DNA from: the human T2T-CHM13v2.0 reference genome, Homo sapiens
Length of the DNA stretch: 64,000 nucleotides
Reading direction: 5' to 3' (one strand)
Assembly: GCF_009914755.1 (NCBI RefSeq)
Contig: NC_060931.1
Below the pieces are notes generated by a model that did no database searches, was not told the DNA's origin, and was given only the letters and a program-made list of their open reading frames with translations. Positions 59,717 to 64,000 of this stretch are shown here, piece by piece (position 1 is the stretch's first letter; each line of letters opens with the position of its first letter). The position numbers and the translations under genes were made by a program.

Positions 59717-60877
59717 TCTTCTTCTTTTTTTTTATTTTTTGCTTATAATGATAGGGACATTATAGGAGCTACAGGGGTATTTTTGTTTTAATATTAAAAG
59801 TATTTCTACTGGAATAGGACAAAATGTCTCACAGCCAAAGCCCAGGGACTTAAGGGAAAAGTCTAATAGCCAGACCAAGCAGAAGGTTCCCATTTCCCCA
59901 TATGCCCAACTTTAACAGAGGCCCTAGCATGTAGGAAATATATGAATCTTTGAATGATATTTCCTGTGATAAAGGCCTGTTTTATTCCAGGTTTTATATA
60001 TTAGAACAAAGAAATTGATGCAGATATTATTAGAGTGTTTAGCAATAATATGGAAAGAAGTCACAAAGTCTATTAAGTTAGCCATACATCAGAGCAGGAT
60101 CAGAACCTGATATCTGAAGAGTGGGAATCCCACCTCTGAAACCAGTTGTACCTGGGAGAGAAACAATATTATTAATTGGAAAATATTCCCTATAATGCTA
60201 GGATTAAATAAAAATGGATAAAATAAAAATGTACAAGACCAAACACTTCTTCATTTCTATATGGACCTGAATATCATCCTGTCTGGATGAAAAAGAGTAA
60301 TCATAGTAGAGTAGGTACATTCATGGCAAATTAAGCAAGATTTGATTTCTAGCCATGGTGAGTTTGCAGACTAATTGCTCTAACATGTGAGGTAAATGAG
60401 GAGCTTACACAGAAACACAGGCAGGTTTTGAAAGCATATCAGAGATCAAGGTGGTTTGAAATAAATTGGGAAACTGTAAAGTTAATTCTGCTGATAAGGG
60501 GGATTTTCTCAGAGAGACAGAAAAGCTGAGGAAATAGAAATAAATTATTTTTAAGTGCTGTCTAATTATATAGCTATGGAAAAAATTGTAAAGCTGTTGG
60601 AAAAAGTTGAAAAAAATTAATAAGATTAGAATAAGCATGTTTGAATATCTGAAAGATGATCATGTGGCATTGGGGTTAGACATCTAGAGGATGTCACTGA
60701 AAGAACTAGGACCAGTGGGGAAAGTTACATGAAAACATATTTATGTGAACATGAGGAGAAAGTTTCCAAGAGCAAAAAGTGTTCAAAATAGTAATAGCTT
60801 TAGAAATGAGTAGTTTACTCTTATCATTGGTGGTGTTCAAATACAGGCTTAATGTCATAATGAAAGCAGCATAAGGA

Positions 60878-61303
60878 TGTATTAGTCCGTTTGCATTGCT
60901 ATAAAGCAATACCTAAGACTGGGTAATTTTATAAAGAAAAGAGGTTTGTTTGACTCACGGCTCTGCAGGCTGTACAAGAAGCATGGCACCAGCATCTGCT
61001 GTGCTTCTGGTGAGGGCTTCAGGAAGCTTTCACTTACAACGGAAGGCAGGTGGAGGCCGTGTGTCACATGGTGAGAGAGGGAGCAAGACAGAGAGGAGGA
61101 GATGCCAGGGTCTTTTTAACAATCAGATCCCATAGTAACTAATAGAGCGAGAACTCACTCATTACTGCCAGGATGGCACCAAGCCCTTCACGAGGAATCC
61201 ACACCCATCACCCAAATAACTCCCAATAGATCCCACCTCCAACACTGGGGAATCACATTTCAACATGAGATTTTTGGAGGGGACAGATATCCAAACTGTA
61301 TCA
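60878..61303 (-). mobile_element. MST (MSTA/MSTB) MaLR solo LTR
   Basis: tgtattagtccgtttgcattgctataaag...gcatggcaccagcatctgct...ggacagatatccaaactgtatca. Perfect TSD aagga. Confidence 0.93.
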
Positions 61304-61700
61304 AAGGAGAATCCAAGAGTCTAACAGATTCATAACTATAAAGTTCTTAATAAACCCTCACACAACAAAACTCAGTCTGCTATGACTTTGTGGAACTCTT
61401 AAGATTACTCTGGCTAGTTGAGCATTAGGAAAAGAGCAAGACCCTGGTTGGCCCTTTCAACCTCCATTCCAGAAACAGTAACTCAGTATCTTTAGGAACT
61501 ATGTGCAGATTTTGACATCAGTGTTTCACATCAACCTGACTGTCTTAATTTCTTAGATTTAGTAAATGTCTGTATTCCCTCAGGAGAGCTACATCTAAGT
61601 GTGTGTGTTTATATAAATACACACATAATTATATTTATATATTGTTCACAATGGAAAACATAAATGGAATCCTTGCTAGTGGATATAACAAATAAATACC

Positions 61701-62156
61701 TGTTACATAAATCAGGTTCTTGGTAGGAAACATAACTCCCTCCAGATGGTTCAAATTAAGAGACTTTGATGAAGGGACTGCTTACAGAATTGTGGGTTGC
61801 ATTAAGGTAACCAGGGAAAATTCTGAGGCCAGCAGTAGCTGGAAGCTCTTGTTGTTTCTAAGGATGAAGGGATCAGTGAGAGATCAATATTCCAGGAGCC
61901 CATGAAATCCTGAGGAGCTGTGGACTCCTCTGTGGACAGGGAAGTTGACAGCTACTGCCCTGCTTCACCAGGAATGAAGCAACAAGAACTGCTTTGCTTA
62001 TTTGCTGTCCCCTCCTACTCTGTGATCTTCCAATGCCACTCTGTGGTCAATTTCTACCAGATGTCAGCCCAGCAAAGGGAGCCCTGCTAAAGCAAGGCTG
62101 GAAATGACAGAGAATGAATCTGGATGATCAAAGGTCAAATGAAGAGCAGCCAGCAA
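61701..62156 (-). mobile_element. LTR33-family LTR
   Basis: atcaggttcttggtaggaaac...gactttgatgaagggactgcttacag...ggtcaaatgaagagcagccagca. Confidence 0.55.
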
Positions 62157-63156
62157 GCCAATAAGAGACAACAGCTAAAATGTGGCCCTCAGCCGTGACA
62201 TATATTGCTAGATATTGATTAGATGTGTTTTTTTATTCTTGTTATTGTTTGTAATTTTTATTTTGTTCTTGTTGCTGTTTTCATAAGGCCTTTCAAGACA
62301 GGTTTGCGATGGTGACTTCTTTTATATCTAGTAGCTCATTTCATGGAAGCACAAACCATATTCAGCTCCAGTTTTATCCTACATTGTCTTTCCTTTTGTT
62401 TTGTCAAAGTAAGATAATATTTCTCAACATTTCTCCTTACATTTGCCCCAAATGCTGCAAATCTGGTGACATTCTCTTTATCAGATACTTGTATTGTTTA
62501 TATTACTAATCTAATGATTGACCAATATGACTGCTGAACAAGTGATATAAAGTAATGATAAATTGTAGTAGCTACAATCTGTCTGTCATGCCAGCTGTTT
62601 AAACCAATGGAGTAATTACTAAAACATTGGGTGATATTCATGGACATAAGAAACTCAGTAATTTCAAGAATTGATCATTTTTGAAAGCATATCAAATATT
62701 ATATCTTAAGTCTTTGATGGTGACTTTTGCAAAACTGAATATTTGGAAAAAATACATATTCACTTCTTTTGAAGTTTCTCTTACACTGATTTCCCGAGAT
62801 ACTTTATATTTCGACCTAGAAATGTCTTTAGTTTTCTCTCTCTGCTTCCCTTTATTTAGTGCCCCCTAGTTTTCTCTTGTCTCTTCAGTCCTAAATTCAT
62901 CATCTAAACATTATTTCATAGTATTAATATTTTAGACTTACAAGGCTTCTATAACACTGTAAATGTGTTATTTAAAATAAGATGAATGTCATAGATTGGA
63001 GAATAGAAAGTAGAATTGTGGAGAGGGAAAAAAAGATCATGTATTTCTAGAGTTTCCCAAAAATTGCCACACAAAAGTTAAGAGATAGTTTGCCCAGAAC
63101 TTCATTTGGTCTCACATTACTGAGGTCTAAATCTGGCAAGAACACATATTGAATTA

Positions 63157-63475
<319 letters not shown>

Positions 63476-63534
63476 AAAACAATATTTTCTTTAATGCTTC
63501 AAGATACAGGTTTACATTAATTGAGTGAAAGAAC

Positions 63535-63579
63535 AATATATATTTATGTATCGATGATATCGATACATAAATATATATT
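63535..63579. repeat. Perfect 21-bp inverted repeat with 3-nt loop
   Basis: aatatatatttatgtatcgat-gat-atcgatacataaatatatatt; arms checked base by base. Confidence 0.95.
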
Positions 63580-64000
63580 TAACTCAGTTTTGTTATAACA
63601 AAATGGAACAAAATATTTTGTTATAGATATAAAAAAAGGTAATGAAAACTAAAATGAGTTCATGATCCTTAGCAAGAGTTTCAGAAAGAGAGGTACCTAG
63701 ATAATTTAGGTTTTGTTAATATTTTCCCTTTATTTTTCTTTATAGTACTTGGTATTACTGAATATAAACCCAGGACATCCATGATATGGAAATAATATTA
63801 GAATTCACAGTAAAAGCAATAGGATAGGTAGCAAGAAAGATTCCTTTAGGAAAAGATGAGCACTATGTAAAGGACTAGAGGAAAGAACCAAGATAGGAAG
63901 GTTTTGGTTTTCAGACACCTAAGCTTCTATTAGTGGAAGTTAGGACTGCCACTATACTGCTTCAATGGTGATTTACCTGGACCTAATTTGTCTCAATTAT

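Overview
Human (AluYa5 and AluYb8 present), AT-rich, CpG-poor intergenic or deep-intronic DNA. I see no credible protein-coding gene, RNA gene, CpG island or CRISPR array, and the long ORFs are L1/THE1/Alu remnants or repeat artefacts. More than half of the window is transposable-element sequence. It includes L1s of many ages, eight near-complete Alus, a complete THE1 MaLR provirus with a perfect TSD, solo LTRs (THE1D, THE1C, MST, MLT1A, MLT2, LTR33, LTR12), Tigger/MER DNA transposons, L2 and MIR. I found no convincing new biological system. The best second-look items are: a 15-copy 35-bp quasi-palindromic VNTR inside a THE1D LTR; a composite insert between 9-bp direct repeats 900 bp apart with no poly(A); an internally inverted Tigger1 hosting LTR12, AluYa5 and L1PB; atypical L1 architectures; template-switch palindromes; and a 102-nt minus-strand exon candidate. 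Subfamily calls come from recalled consensus sequences, not from a database run, and the boundaries of old elements are approximate.
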